From assembly GCA_016840095.1 (NCBI GenBank), contig JAEOSZ010000040.1:42194-106193 (forward strand): 64,000 nucleotides of DNA. The letters are read 5' to 3'. Position 1 is the stretch's first letter. Each line of letters starts with the position of its first letter. The notes beneath the pieces were generated by a model. That model was not told where the DNA came from, ran no database searches, and was given only the letters and a program-made list of their open reading frames with translations. Shown here in pieces: positions 30,149 through 40,638 of the stretch. Source of the DNA: Candidatus Heimdallarchaeota archaeon (GTDB lineage: Archaea > Asgardarchaeota > Heimdallarchaeia > Heimdallarchaeales > Heimdallarchaeaceae). Made by a program: the position numbers and the translations under genes.

Positions 30149-31465
30149 CTATTTCTCATCATTATAAGTTGGAATATAAACCTTAGAATTTTCTCCATTT
30201 ATTTGACCTCTTTTTAGTTTACCTATCTTCCAATCTCGTCTAAACAGAAAGAAAGCCAATACTGTAGAAGCTGCAGCCAAAACTAGCAGAAATACAAACG
30301 ACCATTTGAATGTGGAATTATCTAGAATCCATCCAAAGAACCATGGAAATACACCTGCTAATGCACTTGGGATAGCAAAGAGAAATCCTAAAGCTAAAGA
30401 CCTAGATTTTTGTGGAACATTTTCAGAGACATATTTCGTGGTTGCTGCTGCAGAAAAATAGAGAAAAGCTATAAATATGAAGAATAGAGCAATAGCTCCT
30501 TTTCCAGAAACAACATCACCCAGGACTACTAGTAATAATAGCATAACTGTAGATCCAGCTGCGGAAATTATCATTGTCAGACTAGTAGCTACTTTGTCAC
30601 TGAGCAATCCTCCAGCAATTGACGTAAAACCTCCAATTACTAGAATGACTGTGGTTATCCATCCTGCTTCGAAAATGTTGAATCCATAATTATCTACAAA
30701 GATGATAGATAGAAACTGATTTGTGATTCTGAAGATTCCAGATCTGAAAACAGAGAAGAATAGACAGATCATTATTATAATTGTTAGAACAACAAGGAGC
30801 TCTTTTTTCACCCAATTGGTGAATTTCTTTTCTCGTTTGAGATTCTTGTTTTGTGCCATTTCTTCAATTTCTTCAGGAGTTCGTTTGTATGAGATCATGA
30901 AATGAAATAGAACAAACATCAAAAGAGCTAGTATGATTGCTACAATTCCAAATACAATGAAAGCTTTTTCCCACCCTATCCACTCATCGAAAGTAACTAT
31001 TACTACAGGAGTAATTGATGTACCAATCATTCCTAAAGCTGTGTTCATCCCCATGGCAATACCTTTCTTGTTTTCAAATAAATCAGCTATAGAAGCATAA
31101 GCAACTGGATGATAAAAGGATGCCCCAAATCCAGTTAGTATTGCTGCAAAGATTAATCCTCTTAAACTCTGTGAGTAAGAAACAATGAACATACTCGCCC
31201 CCATTAGTAACACTCCTAGAGGAACAAATGTGTTTTTACTTCTTAACCACCTATCACCAATTATTCCCACAAGAATGCTGAAAACAGCAAAAACAACTAT
31301 TTGTGCTGTACCAACTAAACCAACTTGTGCGTTAGTTAAAGCTATATCCTCTCGAATGATAAATAATGAAGCTCCGAGAACATAGGCATAGAAGTGATTT
31401 AAGAAGTGACCAAAAATCAAAGCTGACAAAGCAACTATAGGAGATTTACTACTAACTTCTGGCAT
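30149..31465 (-). CDS. MFS transporter (Fsr-like)
   Basis: GHFLNH, GIIGDRW and GLLSDK motif-A loops, GASFYHP, about 12 TM helices; ATG 31465 (TTG 31477 possible). Confidence 0.85.
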   Translation of the reverse strand: MPEVSSKSPIVALSALIFGHFLNHFYAYVLGASLFIIREDIALTNAQVGLVGTAQIVVFAVFSILVGIIGDRWLRSKNTFVPLGVLLMGASMFIVSYSQSLRGLIFAAILTGFGASFYHPVAYASIADLFENKKGIAMGMNTALGMIGTSITPVVIVTFDEWIGWEKAFIVFGIVAIILALLMFVLFHFMISYKRTPEEIEEMAQNKNLKREKKFTNWVKKELLVVLTIIIMICLFFSVFRSGIFRITNQFLSIIFVDNYGFNIFEAGWITTVILVIGGFTSIAGGLLSDKVATSLTMIISAAGSTVMLLLLVVLGDVVSGKGAIALFFIFIAFLYFSAAATTKYVSENVPQKSRSLALGFLFAIPSALAGVFPWFFGWILDNSTFKWSFVFLLVLAAASTVLAFFLFRRDWKIGKLKRGQINGENSKVYIPTYNDEK

Positions 31466-31547
31466 TGAAAAAATCAATAATTGACTACGTTAAAAAGTTT
31501 CTTGTAAAGACTGATACGATTGGAGATGTGAAATCTACCAATTCGAC

Positions 31548-31664
31548 TTAAGGTTTCTGAAGAGCCATTCTAGCTTCAACTCGACGAATTTCTTTCTCTG
31601 TGATTTCCTTAGCTGAAAGTTCTTTAGTCTTTTTTTTCGAAGACTTACTTTTTTTAGACTTCAT
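31548..31664 (-). CDS. 38-aa basic microprotein (not in ORF track)
   Basis: MKSKKSKSSKKKTKELSAKEITEKEIRRVEARMALQKP*; TATA-like GTATATAAG about 24 nt upstream of the ATG (leaderless geometry). Confidence 0.5.
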   Translation of the reverse strand: MKSKKSKSSKKKTKELSAKEITEKEIRRVEARMALQKP

Positions 31665-31755
31665 TGCTTATACATAGATAGTTCTGACTTATATACATTT
31701 CATTTCAAATCAAGTAATAAGTAAGTTTATAGGTGATTTATGCAGATAATTAGAT

Positions 31756-32310
31756 GTGAATAAAAAAGCTGAATATGTCTTCAAGATTACTTTGATTGGA
31801 AATGGAGCAGTAGGAAAAACCAGCATCAGGAATAGCTACATGGGGTATGGTTTTTCACATTCTCATCAGATGACTTTGGGAGCAGACTTCAGCGTAATTG
31901 AGAAAGAACTATACCCAGATGAGATCTGGCGATTTCAAATCTGGGATTTAGCAGGACAGCCAATTTTCAAAGAGGTTAGAGGAAGATTTTACAATGGAAG
32001 TATGGGAGCTTTAGTTGTTTTTGATATTACTAACAAGAAAACTTTGAAAGATTGTACAATTTGGATTAGAGAACTCTTCAAATATTGCGGTCAGGCTGTT
32101 GTTCCTATTGTCTTACTTGCAAATAAAACCGATTTAAGAACCAGAAAAAGTGTAAGTATGAAAGAAGCGCAAAAGTTCGTTGATATTCTAAATAAGGGAA
32201 CTAGAAACTTTGGAGTGGAGAATATAGTCCTTGAAACAAGTGCAAAAACGGGTCTTAATATTGATGAAGCTTTCAAAAAATTAGGTACTGCAATACGCAC
32301 AAGATTTTAA
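31756..32310 (+). CDS. Rab-like small GTPase
   Basis: FKITLIGNGAVGKT, TLGADF, WDLAGQ, FY-x-G-x2-GALVVFDIT, NKTD, ETSAK; no C-terminal Cys. Confidence 0.9.
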   Translation: MNKKAEYVFKITLIGNGAVGKTSIRNSYMGYGFSHSHQMTLGADFSVIEKELYPDEIWRFQIWDLAGQPIFKEVRGRFYNGSMGALVVFDITNKKTLKDCTIWIRELFKYCGQAVVPIVLLANKTDLRTRKSVSMKEAQKFVDILNKGTRNFGVENIVLETSAKTGLNIDEAFKKLGTAIRTRF

Positions 32311-32374
32311 AACTGTAATATGATAATACTTTTGAAAAGAAAAAATTATGTTATAATTGTTAGTGGTTAATATC

Positions 32375-32932
32375 ATGAAATTCAAAGTGCTGATTGTTGG
32401 GGATTATGGAGTAGGAAAAACATCTCTTTTTCGTCAGATTGAGAAATCTATTCCTGGTGCAGAACAAAAACCTTCGATAAGATTAGAATTGATAGAATTT
32501 ACAAGAATGATCGAAGGTCAAGAAATCATCGTCAATCTGTATGATATCCCCGGTAGAGAACTATCGAATGAGCATAGATCCAAGCACTACCTTAACACTA
32601 ACGGAGCATTAGTTGTTTATGATATTACTAGCCCTCATAGTTTTAGACATACTCCTTTTTGGATTGAAGAATTAATGAATTACTCTGGTTTTGGGCATAT
32701 CCCTGTAATAATTGTTGGGAACAAAGCTGATATGAGAGAAGTTAGTCAAAGAACTTTGAATCCTATCGATGCAAAAGAATATGCATTCCGATTAAACAGA
32801 ACTGCTAAGAGAAGTAACATAGAGAATCATTTTGTAGAAGTATCTGCAAAGAGCGCTAAAGGTTTATCACAAATGATAGATAAGTTGATTGTTTCTATGA
32901 TCAATCATAAAAAATTCATCGATAACAAATAA
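32375..32932 (+). CDS. Rab-like small GTPase, divergent switch regions
   Basis: FKVLIVGDYGVGKT, PSI, YDIPGR, VYDIT, NKAD, VSAK; probable start ATG 32375. Confidence 0.85.
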   Translation: MKFKVLIVGDYGVGKTSLFRQIEKSIPGAEQKPSIRLELIEFTRMIEGQEIIVNLYDIPGRELSNEHRSKHYLNTNGALVVYDITSPHSFRHTPFWIEELMNYSGFGHIPVIIVGNKADMREVSQRTLNPIDAKEYAFRLNRTAKRSNIENHFVEVSAKSAKGLSQMIDKLIVSMINHKKFIDNK

Positions 32933-32981
32933 CAACTTTTTTTGAGAAAACTATAAAGCCACATTTGTTCATTTCTAATTT

Positions 32982-34127
32982 ATGAGTTCAGATTATATTG
33001 CTAAGGTTAGAGAAGAATCACCCACAATACAGAAGAAAACCTTCCTAAACCATGCTGCACGTTGTCCTCTTCATGGTAGGGTTGCTGAAGCTATAGACAA
33101 ATACAAAGAATGTTGGGGTAAATTCGATTTTGAGGAGACAAACCAGAAAAAGCAAGATGCTATTGTCAAATTTAGCCAACTAATCAATGCATCTGAAGAT
33201 GAAATTCTCTTTACTCCTGATGTTACTGCAGGTTCTAGACTAGCAGCAAATCTTATCGAATATGACAAGAATAGTAATATTGTTTGCTACTGGAATGACT
33301 ATGTTGCTCAAGTTTATCAGGCACTCTTCCTAAGAAAAACAAAAGGGATAGATTACAGACCAGTTCCTGATAGAAAGAATAAAGTTCTTCCTGAAGAATT
33401 TGCTGAAAAGATTGATGAAAATACTAAACTAGTTCTACTTTCTCATGTTCAATGGTTATCTGGATTCAAAGCAGATGTTGAAGAAATAGCCAAAATTGCT
33501 CATGAAAACGGGGCTCTTATTGTTGTAGATTCCATTCAATCATCTGGAGCAATGGTTAATGATGTGAAAAAGTGGGATATTGACTTTTTAACTTGTGGGA
33601 CAGCTAAATGGCTACTTGGACCGAACCAAGCTGGCTGGTTTTATATGAAAAAAGAATTAATACATGAGTTTAATCCACCTTTTGCTGGTTATCACGGAAT
33701 AGAAATAGGTAATTGGGATGAACCTTATTGGAATGTGAATGAGATGGTTTATGTTGATTCCATTGCCAAATATATGGATACTAATCCAAGTGATTTTCTA
33801 TATTCTATTGCAGATAGTGGAATGAGTATAATTCTTGATTATGGCATAAAAAAAGCAGAAAAACAGATACTTAAAATAACTGAATACCTAATAGAGGAAC
33901 TACAAAAGATTGGCTGTAATGACTTTTTAACACCTTTAGACGCTGAAAATAGATCAGGAGTAATAAATGTAAAAATACCAAATAATGTAGAAATCTCTAA
34001 AAAATTGAGAGAGAATAATATCATTTTATCCAGTAGGTATGGTGGTTTAAGAATTAGCCCTCATTTCTATAGTATAGAAGAAGATGTTGATAATCTAATT
34101 TCAGGACTTAAGAAACTTTTAGAATAG
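32982..34127 (+). CDS. Class V PLP-dependent aminotransferase (cysteine desulfurase-like)
   Basis: FLNHAA, SHVQWLSG, VDSIQ, TAKWLLGP (PLP Lys), LRISPHFY. Confidence 0.85.
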   Translation: MSSDYIAKVREESPTIQKKTFLNHAARCPLHGRVAEAIDKYKECWGKFDFEETNQKKQDAIVKFSQLINASEDEILFTPDVTAGSRLAANLIEYDKNSNIVCYWNDYVAQVYQALFLRKTKGIDYRPVPDRKNKVLPEEFAEKIDENTKLVLLSHVQWLSGFKADVEEIAKIAHENGALIVVDSIQSSGAMVNDVKKWDIDFLTCGTAKWLLGPNQAGWFYMKKELIHEFNPPFAGYHGIEIGNWDEPYWNVNEMVYVDSIAKYMDTNPSDFLYSIADSGMSIILDYGIKKAEKQILKITEYLIEELQKIGCNDFLTPLDAENRSGVINVKIPNNVEISKKLRENNIILSSRYGGLRISPHFYSIEEDVDNLISGLKKLLE

Positions 34128-34244
34128 TCCTATTTTTTCTTGTTTTTTTCATGTCGCTCAAACAAAACTTTTAAACCCACTAGTAAATTCAAATTGTAAA
34201 GTTACATAAAGTTACATTTAGATTCATTCTAAAAAGGTGTAGAC

Positions 34245-37244
34245 ATGTCGAAAAAGAAGAAGAAAAAAACAGAAACACCAGAAGAAGAAATCATATTAAC
34301 ACCTTGGCACAGTTATGACTCAAAGAAAATCTTTGACGAACTGGGCAGTGAAGAAAAAGGACTTTGGGAACATGATGTTGTAAGTCGGTTAGAAAAGTAT
34401 GGTCATAATAAGCTGACTATAACTGAAAAGTTTAAAGTTCTGAAAATGATTGCAGAGCAATTTACAGATTTTCTAGTTCTGCTCTTGATTGCTGCAGGTA
34501 TTATTAGTATTGGTTTCGGTCTTAACCACTATATTCATGCGATTAATGACCCAGATATTCTAAAACCAACTCTTCTAGAACACGGAGAGGAAATCATTGA
34601 TGCAATAGCGATATTTGCGATTGTAATAATTAATGCTGTTATCGGTTTTGTTCAAGATTATCGGTCGAATCAAGCATTGGAAAAACTAAAAGAGTATTTT
34701 GAACAAGATGTTGTTGTTATTAGAGAAGGAAAAGAACAGATTGTTCATAGCAGCGATCTTGTCCCTGGAGATATTGTTAACCTAGAAGTTGGGGATAAGA
34801 TACCTGCAGATTGTAGATTATTAAAAGCAAATAATTTCAAGATTGATGAAGCTCCTCTGACAGGAGAGAGCAATCCTATTACAAAGAATCTCGAAATAGT
34901 CGAAGAAGATTCAAGACTCCATGAACGAAAGAATATGATCTATTCCGGAACTACTTGTGTTTATGGAAGAGGACAAGCAATTGTTGTTGAAACTGGAATG
35001 AGAACTGAGATGGGTAAGATTGCTGAACTCACTCAAGTTAAAGAGGAACTAACTCCTCTTCAACAAGCACTTGATAAATTAGGAAAAGTACTTGGAATCA
35101 TTATTCTAGTTATCTGTGCAGTTGTTATGATTGTAAATGCTTCTTTAGGAGAACCACTTCTAGAAAGTTTTGAAGTAGCTATATCACTAGCAATTTCAGC
35201 GGTTCCTGAAGGATTACCAGCTGCCATTGTAATCACATTAGCAATTGGTGTCTCTAAGATGGCTAAGAAAAACACAATCGTTTCCCGCTTACCAGCTGTT
35301 GAAACACTAGGTTCAGTAGATTACATCTGTAGTGATAAGACTGGAACTCTAACAAGAAACGAGATGACAGTTAAGGAAGTCTGGACGATGCAAGGTAAAA
35401 CAGAAATTGGCGGTTCAGGATATTTACTCGATGGAGATTTCACACAAGATGGAAATGTAATAGATCCAAAGAGTGATAATATCTTAAACCAGCTAATCGA
35501 AACTGTTTATCATTGTAATAATTCAGGTGTTCTTAGAAATGAAGGAAAGATAGATATCAAAGGAGATCCAACAGAAGCAGCTCTTGTAGTTATAGGAGAA
35601 AAAGCAGGATATACTCCTGATATGATAAAGGAAAGAGATCACGAAATTTTCTTCGATTCTGACAGAAAAAGAATGACAACCATTCATGTTGATAATGGAA
35701 AATTATTTGCTTACATGAAAGGAAGTCCCCCCGTAGTACTGACAAGATGCAATTCAGCTATGAGTAACGGTAAAGTCGAGAAAATGACTAAGAAACTGGA
35801 ACAAGAGATTATGGATGCAAACCTGGAGATGTCTACAAGAGCACTAAGAGTACTAGCAGTAGCATACAGGGAAGTTCCTAAAGGTTACGATAAAGAAAAT
35901 GTAGACGAAATAGAGGATGACATGGTTTTCATTGGATTAACAGGAATGATAGATCCAGCAAGACCAGAAGTAAAAGATGCAATAGAAGAATGTAGAATGG
36001 CTGGAATTACAACAGTTATGATAACTGGAGATCAGCAACCAACAGCAATGGCAGTAGCTAAAGAAATTGGTATAATTACTTCTGAGGATGATTTAGTAGT
36101 GAACGGAGATGAATTCTCTCTAATGCCAGATGATGAGCTAAAAGAGATAATAGAGAAAATCAAAGTTTACAGTAGAATGAGTCCAAAAGACAAATACAGA
36201 GTAGTAGAAACATTACAAGAACTAGACCATAGAGTAGCATGCACCGGTGATGGTGTCAACGATGCTCCAGCAATCAAAAAGAGTGACATTGGAGTTGCCA
36301 TGGGGATTACAGGAACAGATGTTACAAAAGAAGTAGCTGATATGGTTATTACAGATGATGCTTTCAATACAATAGTTTCAGCTGTAGAAGAAGGAAGAAA
36401 CATTTTCGAAAACATGAAAAAGTTCATTCGTTATCTCCTTAGTTGTAATTTTGATGAAATCTTCGCAGTTCTAATAGTATTTTCCATATGGCAAGAAATT
36501 CCATTCTTACCATTACAAATTTTATTCCTTAATCTCTTAACAGATGCTTTACCTGCATTAGCACTATCATTTGATCCTTATGATCCTGAATTGATGAAAA
36601 GACCTCCAAGAGGTAAACAATCATCATTTGTAAAAGACATGTATGTCTTTGCATCTATTGCAGGAATTGTTGCATTGGCATGTTCATTAGGAATATTCCT
36701 CTGGGCATTCCTACATTATGCACCAAATGTATATGGATCTGAACATGATATTGGTGCTATTGGCAAAACATTCTATGATTGGGCAGTATTAGATGCAAAT
36801 AACCTAGCTCAAACAGGAGAATTTACCATGTTTTCAACGGAATATTGGACATTTCTGCATGATCAAGTTAGACATTATGTAGTCTCTTACTCGCAAATGC
36901 TTGCTTTTATAGCTACCTTATCATTCGAACTATGGTTTGTCTTTATTGCAAGAAATGATAATCAAACTTCTCTAATAAAATCCAGGCCCTTTAAGAATAA
37001 ATACTTGATAGGTGCAGTCTTACTATCTTGGTTCTTATTAGTTGGAGCAGTTTATCTACCATCTACACAAGCAATATTTACAGGATTTAAATTACATACT
37101 TATAAGATAACGTTAACTGATTGGGGAGCAATAATGGCTTTCACACTAGGATTCTGTTTGTTTGCGGAACTTATGAGATACGTGTTTAGAACAAGAGCAT
37201 TCAAGAGTTTAGTTTCTAGATTTGGAGCAGCTGATTTAGCATAG
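34245..37244 (+). CDS. P2A-type cation (Ca2+-like) transporting ATPase
   Basis: LTGES, VPEGLP, SDKTGTLT, MKG, DPAR, MITGD, TGDGVNDAPA, NLLTD. Confidence 0.93.
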   Translation: MSKKKKKKTETPEEEIILTPWHSYDSKKIFDELGSEEKGLWEHDVVSRLEKYGHNKLTITEKFKVLKMIAEQFTDFLVLLLIAAGIISIGFGLNHYIHAINDPDILKPTLLEHGEEIIDAIAIFAIVIINAVIGFVQDYRSNQALEKLKEYFEQDVVVIREGKEQIVHSSDLVPGDIVNLEVGDKIPADCRLLKANNFKIDEAPLTGESNPITKNLEIVEEDSRLHERKNMIYSGTTCVYGRGQAIVVETGMRTEMGKIAELTQVKEELTPLQQALDKLGKVLGIIILVICAVVMIVNASLGEPLLESFEVAISLAISAVPEGLPAAIVITLAIGVSKMAKKNTIVSRLPAVETLGSVDYICSDKTGTLTRNEMTVKEVWTMQGKTEIGGSGYLLDGDFTQDGNVIDPKSDNILNQLIETVYHCNNSGVLRNEGKIDIKGDPTEAALVVIGEKAGYTPDMIKERDHEIFFDSDRKRMTTIHVDNGKLFAYMKGSPPVVLTRCNSAMSNGKVEKMTKKLEQEIMDANLEMSTRALRVLAVAYREVPKGYDKENVDEIEDDMVFIGLTGMIDPARPEVKDAIEECRMAGITTVMITGDQQPTAMAVAKEIGIITSEDDLVVNGDEFSLMPDDELKEIIEKIKVYSRMSPKDKYRVVETLQELDHRVACTGDGVNDAPAIKKSDIGVAMGITGTDVTKEVADMVITDDAFNTIVSAVEEGRNIFENMKKFIRYLLSCNFDEIFAVLIVFSIWQEIPFLPLQILFLNLLTDALPALALSFDPYDPELMKRPPRGKQSSFVKDMYVFASIAGIVALACSLGIFLWAFLHYAPNVYGSEHDIGAIGKTFYDWAVLDANNLAQTGEFTMFSTEYWTFLHDQVRHYVVSYSQMLAFIATLSFELWFVFIARNDNQTSLIKSRPFKNKYLIGAVLLSWFLLVGAVYLPSTQAIFTGFKLHTYKITLTDWGAIMAFTLGFCLFAELMRYVFRTRAFKSLVSRFGAADLA

Positions 37245-37346
37245 CTCTCTTCTTTCTTTTCTTTTTATTTTTCAAATTTTTTTTTACTTGTTTACAAAAT
37301 CTTTTTATTGAAAAAATATTGACTTTAAACATTCAGAATAGTTCGG

Positions 37347-37970
37347 TTGGATAAAATGAATTATGATTTGAAAGACTTTCCAGTGATTATTCTAGCAGCT
37401 GGAGATTCAACCCGAACTGGTATTCCTAAAGGACTTTTAGATTATAATGGAACACCTTTTCTTTCACATCAATTACTTTTGTTACTAGATATAGGTTTTA
37501 AAAATCTGATTGTTGTTTTAGGTAAGGATGCAGAACAGTACAAAGCTGAAATAAGACAATTAAATCACTTAACTGTCTGTATAAATACACAACCAGAGAG
37601 AGGACCTTTTTCATCTATACAATGTGGTCTACAGGAAATAGATGCTGGAGAACAAAATGGTCCTTTCATTTTACCTGCAGATGTTCCTTGTCCTGAAAAA
37701 GAAGTATGGGTCAAGTTGATAGAAGGTTTGAACTCTTCTGAAACATTAGTAACGATTCCTGAATTTAATGAAAGACGAGGACATCCTGTACTTATTTCTG
37801 CGGAATTCAAAAACTACTTGTTGGAATGTGAATCAGATTCTCGTTTAGACTTTGAAATAAATAAACAAAAAGAATTGCAGAAGGCAAAGATTATATCTGT
37901 AAACGATAAGAAAATTACACTCAATATTAATACTCTTGAAGATTGGGAAGCTTTTAAGGTGATGAAATGA
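37347..37970 (+). CDS. MocA-like molybdenum cofactor nucleotidyltransferase
   Basis: ILAAGDSTRTG-PK, FSSIQCG, PADVP, RGHPV, NINT; overlaps the XDH-like gene by ATGA. Confidence 0.8.
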   Translation: MDKMNYDLKDFPVIILAAGDSTRTGIPKGLLDYNGTPFLSHQLLLLLDIGFKNLIVVLGKDAEQYKAEIRQLNHLTVCINTQPERGPFSSIQCGLQEIDAGEQNGPFILPADVPCPEKEVWVKLIEGLNSSETLVTIPEFNERRGHPVLISAEFKNYLLECESDSRLDFEINKQKELQKAKIISVNDKKITLNINTLEDWEAFKVMK

Positions 37971-40606
37971 ATGTAACTTTTACTCTTAATGGAAAAGAAA
38001 CAACAGTCGAATATGAAGAGGGAATGAGTGTTTTAGATGTTCTACGAGAAGTATGTCTGATTAAGAGCTGTAAAGATGGATGCTCAGGTCAAGGTTTCTG
38101 TGGAGCATGTACAGTTCTCATTAATGGAAAAGCCATGATGTCTTGTAGACAAAAACCCGAATCAATTGAGGGTAAGGAAATTGTCACTATTGAAGGACTT
38201 AGGAAAGAAGAGCAAGAGATAATTTCTAAATCTATGGTTAAAGAAGGTGCAATCCAGTGTGGTTTTTGTACTCCTGGAATTGTAATGAGGATCAAAAGTT
38301 TTCTTGACCAAAACCCAATTTCAACAAGAGAAGAGAAAGCAAGAGCAATCACAAGCAATTTGTGTAGATGTACTGGTTATCAGAGAATAGTAGATGCAAT
38401 TGAGACAGCAGAAAAACACTGGCAGAGTAAAGATACTAATATCTCAGGTCCACCAAGAAGAAATGAGTTCTTTGGTGAACAACATGGATTTTCTAGAGAA
38501 TTCGAACCCAAAAAAGATGGTGTAGGATCAAGTGCTCCCAGATACCGTGGAATAGATATGGCACTAGGTGAGAAGCCATACATAGCAGATATGGAAAAGG
38601 AAAATATGCTTCATGGAGCTTTACTTTTGAGTAAATATCCACGTGCCAAAGTTCTAAAGATTGATACTTCTGAAGCTGAAAATGGTTGTGGTGTTGTAAG
38701 AATATTCACTGCACCAGATGTTCCAGGTAAAAGAATAATTGGTCATATAATACCCGATTGGCCAGTGTTTGTTGCAGAAGGAGAAATAACTAGATATGTT
38801 GGTGATGTTCTTGCTATGGTTGTTGCTGATTCGATGCTACACGCAAGAGCCGCTCTAGAGAAGATAAATATAGAATATGAAATCTTGGAACTAGTTGATG
38901 ATCCTATCAAAGCATTAGCAGAAGATGCTATAAAAATCCATGAAAAAGGAAATCTTTTAGGTCATACTTTCTTTGGAAGAGGAGATGTAGATGACGCTCT
39001 TAGTAAATCAAAATATGTGATTAAACATCAATTCAAGACTCAAAGAATTGAACATGCTTTCATGGAGGTAGAAAGCTCTCTTGCAGTTCCAACTGAAAAT
39101 GGAATTCATGTTTATAGTCAAGGACAAGGAGTGCATGAAGATCAAAGACAGATTGCAGAAGTACTTGGTCTTGAAACTGGAAATGTTATTGTGGAATTAG
39201 TAACTAATGGAGGAGCTTTTGGTGGTAAGGAGGATCTCAGCTGTCAAGCACAAACAGCTATTGCTTCGTTCTTGTTGAAAAAACCAGTTAAAACAGTATT
39301 AACTAGAGAGCAGTCACTTTTGATGCATGTTAAACGTCATCCTATGACCATGAACTATGAAGTTGGAGCAGATGAAAATGGTAAGCTAACAGCTGTAAGA
39401 ATGAAACTCATTGCAGATACTGGTGCATATGCTTCTGTTGGAGCTAAAGTTGTAGAACGTGCAGCTGGACATTGCTGTGGTCCATACTATGTTCCCAATG
39501 TAGATGTTGACGCAAAAGCTGTCTATACCAACAATCCTGTTTGTGGAGCGATGAGAGGTTTTGGAGTCAATCAAACTTCTTTTGCCATGGAAACTTGTTT
39601 GAATTTAATTTCTCAAAAAATGAGAGAAGATGGTTTAGAAATAGATGATTTTGATATAAGGGAAAGGAATATTCTCAAGGATGGTCAAAGATTCGCAACA
39701 GGACAAAAAATGACACCAACTGTAGTTGGAATGCAAAAATGCTTAGATGTTGTAAAAGATGCATACAAATCATCTACAGTTCCTACTGGGATAGCATGTG
39801 GTATAAAGAACACTGGTATTGGAAATGGACTTGAAGATACAGGAAGAGTTTTGATAAAGGTTTTAGAAGATGAAACAATTGAGATCTTAACTGGTTTTAC
39901 AGAAATGGGTCAGGGGCTTTTTACTATTTTATCACAAGTTGTTTCTGAATTAACAGATATTCCTTTGTCTAAAATGAGCATAAAATCTATTAGTTATCCA
40001 AAAACTAAATGTGGGATGACAACTGCTTCAAGAGCAACAGCTCTAGATTCTATGGCTGCAAAGAAGGCTGCTGAAAAGCTTGTAAAAGCTCTTGAATCTA
40101 AAACTCTCAAAGAGTTAAAAGGACAAGAATTTCATGGAGAGTATATAACCAATTTTACAGTTAAACCTGGAACACCAATCGATAATCCAGTTACACATCT
40201 AACTTTCAGTTATGCTGTTCAAGTTGCTTTTCTTGACGAAAAAGGAAACCTGAAGAAAATGATTGCTGCACATGATGTTGGAAAAGTAATGAATCCTATG
40301 GCTTGTGCTGGTCAGATTGAAGGCGGAATCCATATGGGTTTAGGTCATACTCTTTCTGAAAGTTTTCCATCAACCAAAGGAGTTCCAAATTCTTTGAAAA
40401 TGAGAGATTTGCAGATAGTAAAAGCAAGAGACACTCCAGAAGTAGAAGTTATACTTGTTGAGGTTCCAGAAGATATTGGAGGATTTGGATCTAAAGGAGT
40501 AGGAGAGATTGGTCTAGTTCCTACAGCTGGAGCAGTTGCAGGTGCCTTGTATAAATTTGATAATAAACCCCGTTTCTCTCTACCATTATTGAGAAAAGAA
40601 AAATAA
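37967..40606 (+). CDS. Xanthine dehydrogenase-family molybdoenzyme, fused 2x[2Fe-2S] and Mo domains (Se-dependent XDH-like)
   Basis: KDGCSGQGFCGACTV, QCGFCTPG, NLCRCTGY, GGAFGGKE, GAMRGFG, GQIEGG, SKGVGE; no FAD domain. Confidence 0.88.
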   Translation: MNVTFTLNGKETTVEYEEGMSVLDVLREVCLIKSCKDGCSGQGFCGACTVLINGKAMMSCRQKPESIEGKEIVTIEGLRKEEQEIISKSMVKEGAIQCGFCTPGIVMRIKSFLDQNPISTREEKARAITSNLCRCTGYQRIVDAIETAEKHWQSKDTNISGPPRRNEFFGEQHGFSREFEPKKDGVGSSAPRYRGIDMALGEKPYIADMEKENMLHGALLLSKYPRAKVLKIDTSEAENGCGVVRIFTAPDVPGKRIIGHIIPDWPVFVAEGEITRYVGDVLAMVVADSMLHARAALEKINIEYEILELVDDPIKALAEDAIKIHEKGNLLGHTFFGRGDVDDALSKSKYVIKHQFKTQRIEHAFMEVESSLAVPTENGIHVYSQGQGVHEDQRQIAEVLGLETGNVIVELVTNGGAFGGKEDLSCQAQTAIASFLLKKPVKTVLTREQSLLMHVKRHPMTMNYEVGADENGKLTAVRMKLIADTGAYASVGAKVVERAAGHCCGPYYVPNVDVDAKAVYTNNPVCGAMRGFGVNQTSFAMETCLNLISQKMREDGLEIDDFDIRERNILKDGQRFATGQKMTPTVVGMQKCLDVVKDAYKSSTVPTGIACGIKNTGIGNGLEDTGRVLIKVLEDETIEILTGFTEMGQGLFTILSQVVSELTDIPLSKMSIKSISYPKTKCGMTTASRATALDSMAAKKAAEKLVKALESKTLKELKGQEFHGEYITNFTVKPGTPIDNPVTHLTFSYAVQVAFLDEKGNLKKMIAAHDVGKVMNPMACAGQIEGGIHMGLGHTLSESFPSTKGVPNSLKMRDLQIVKARDTPEVEVILVEVPEDIGGFGSKGVGEIGLVPTAGAVAGALYKFDNKPRFSLPLLRKEK

Positions 40607-40638
40607 AAGAATTGAAGAACTAATCTTCAATAATATTT

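Noticed and set aside
37967-40606. Possible selenocysteine recoding in the XDH-like gene
   Set aside because: No in-frame TGA; this family uses a labile Se/S ligand rather than Sec.
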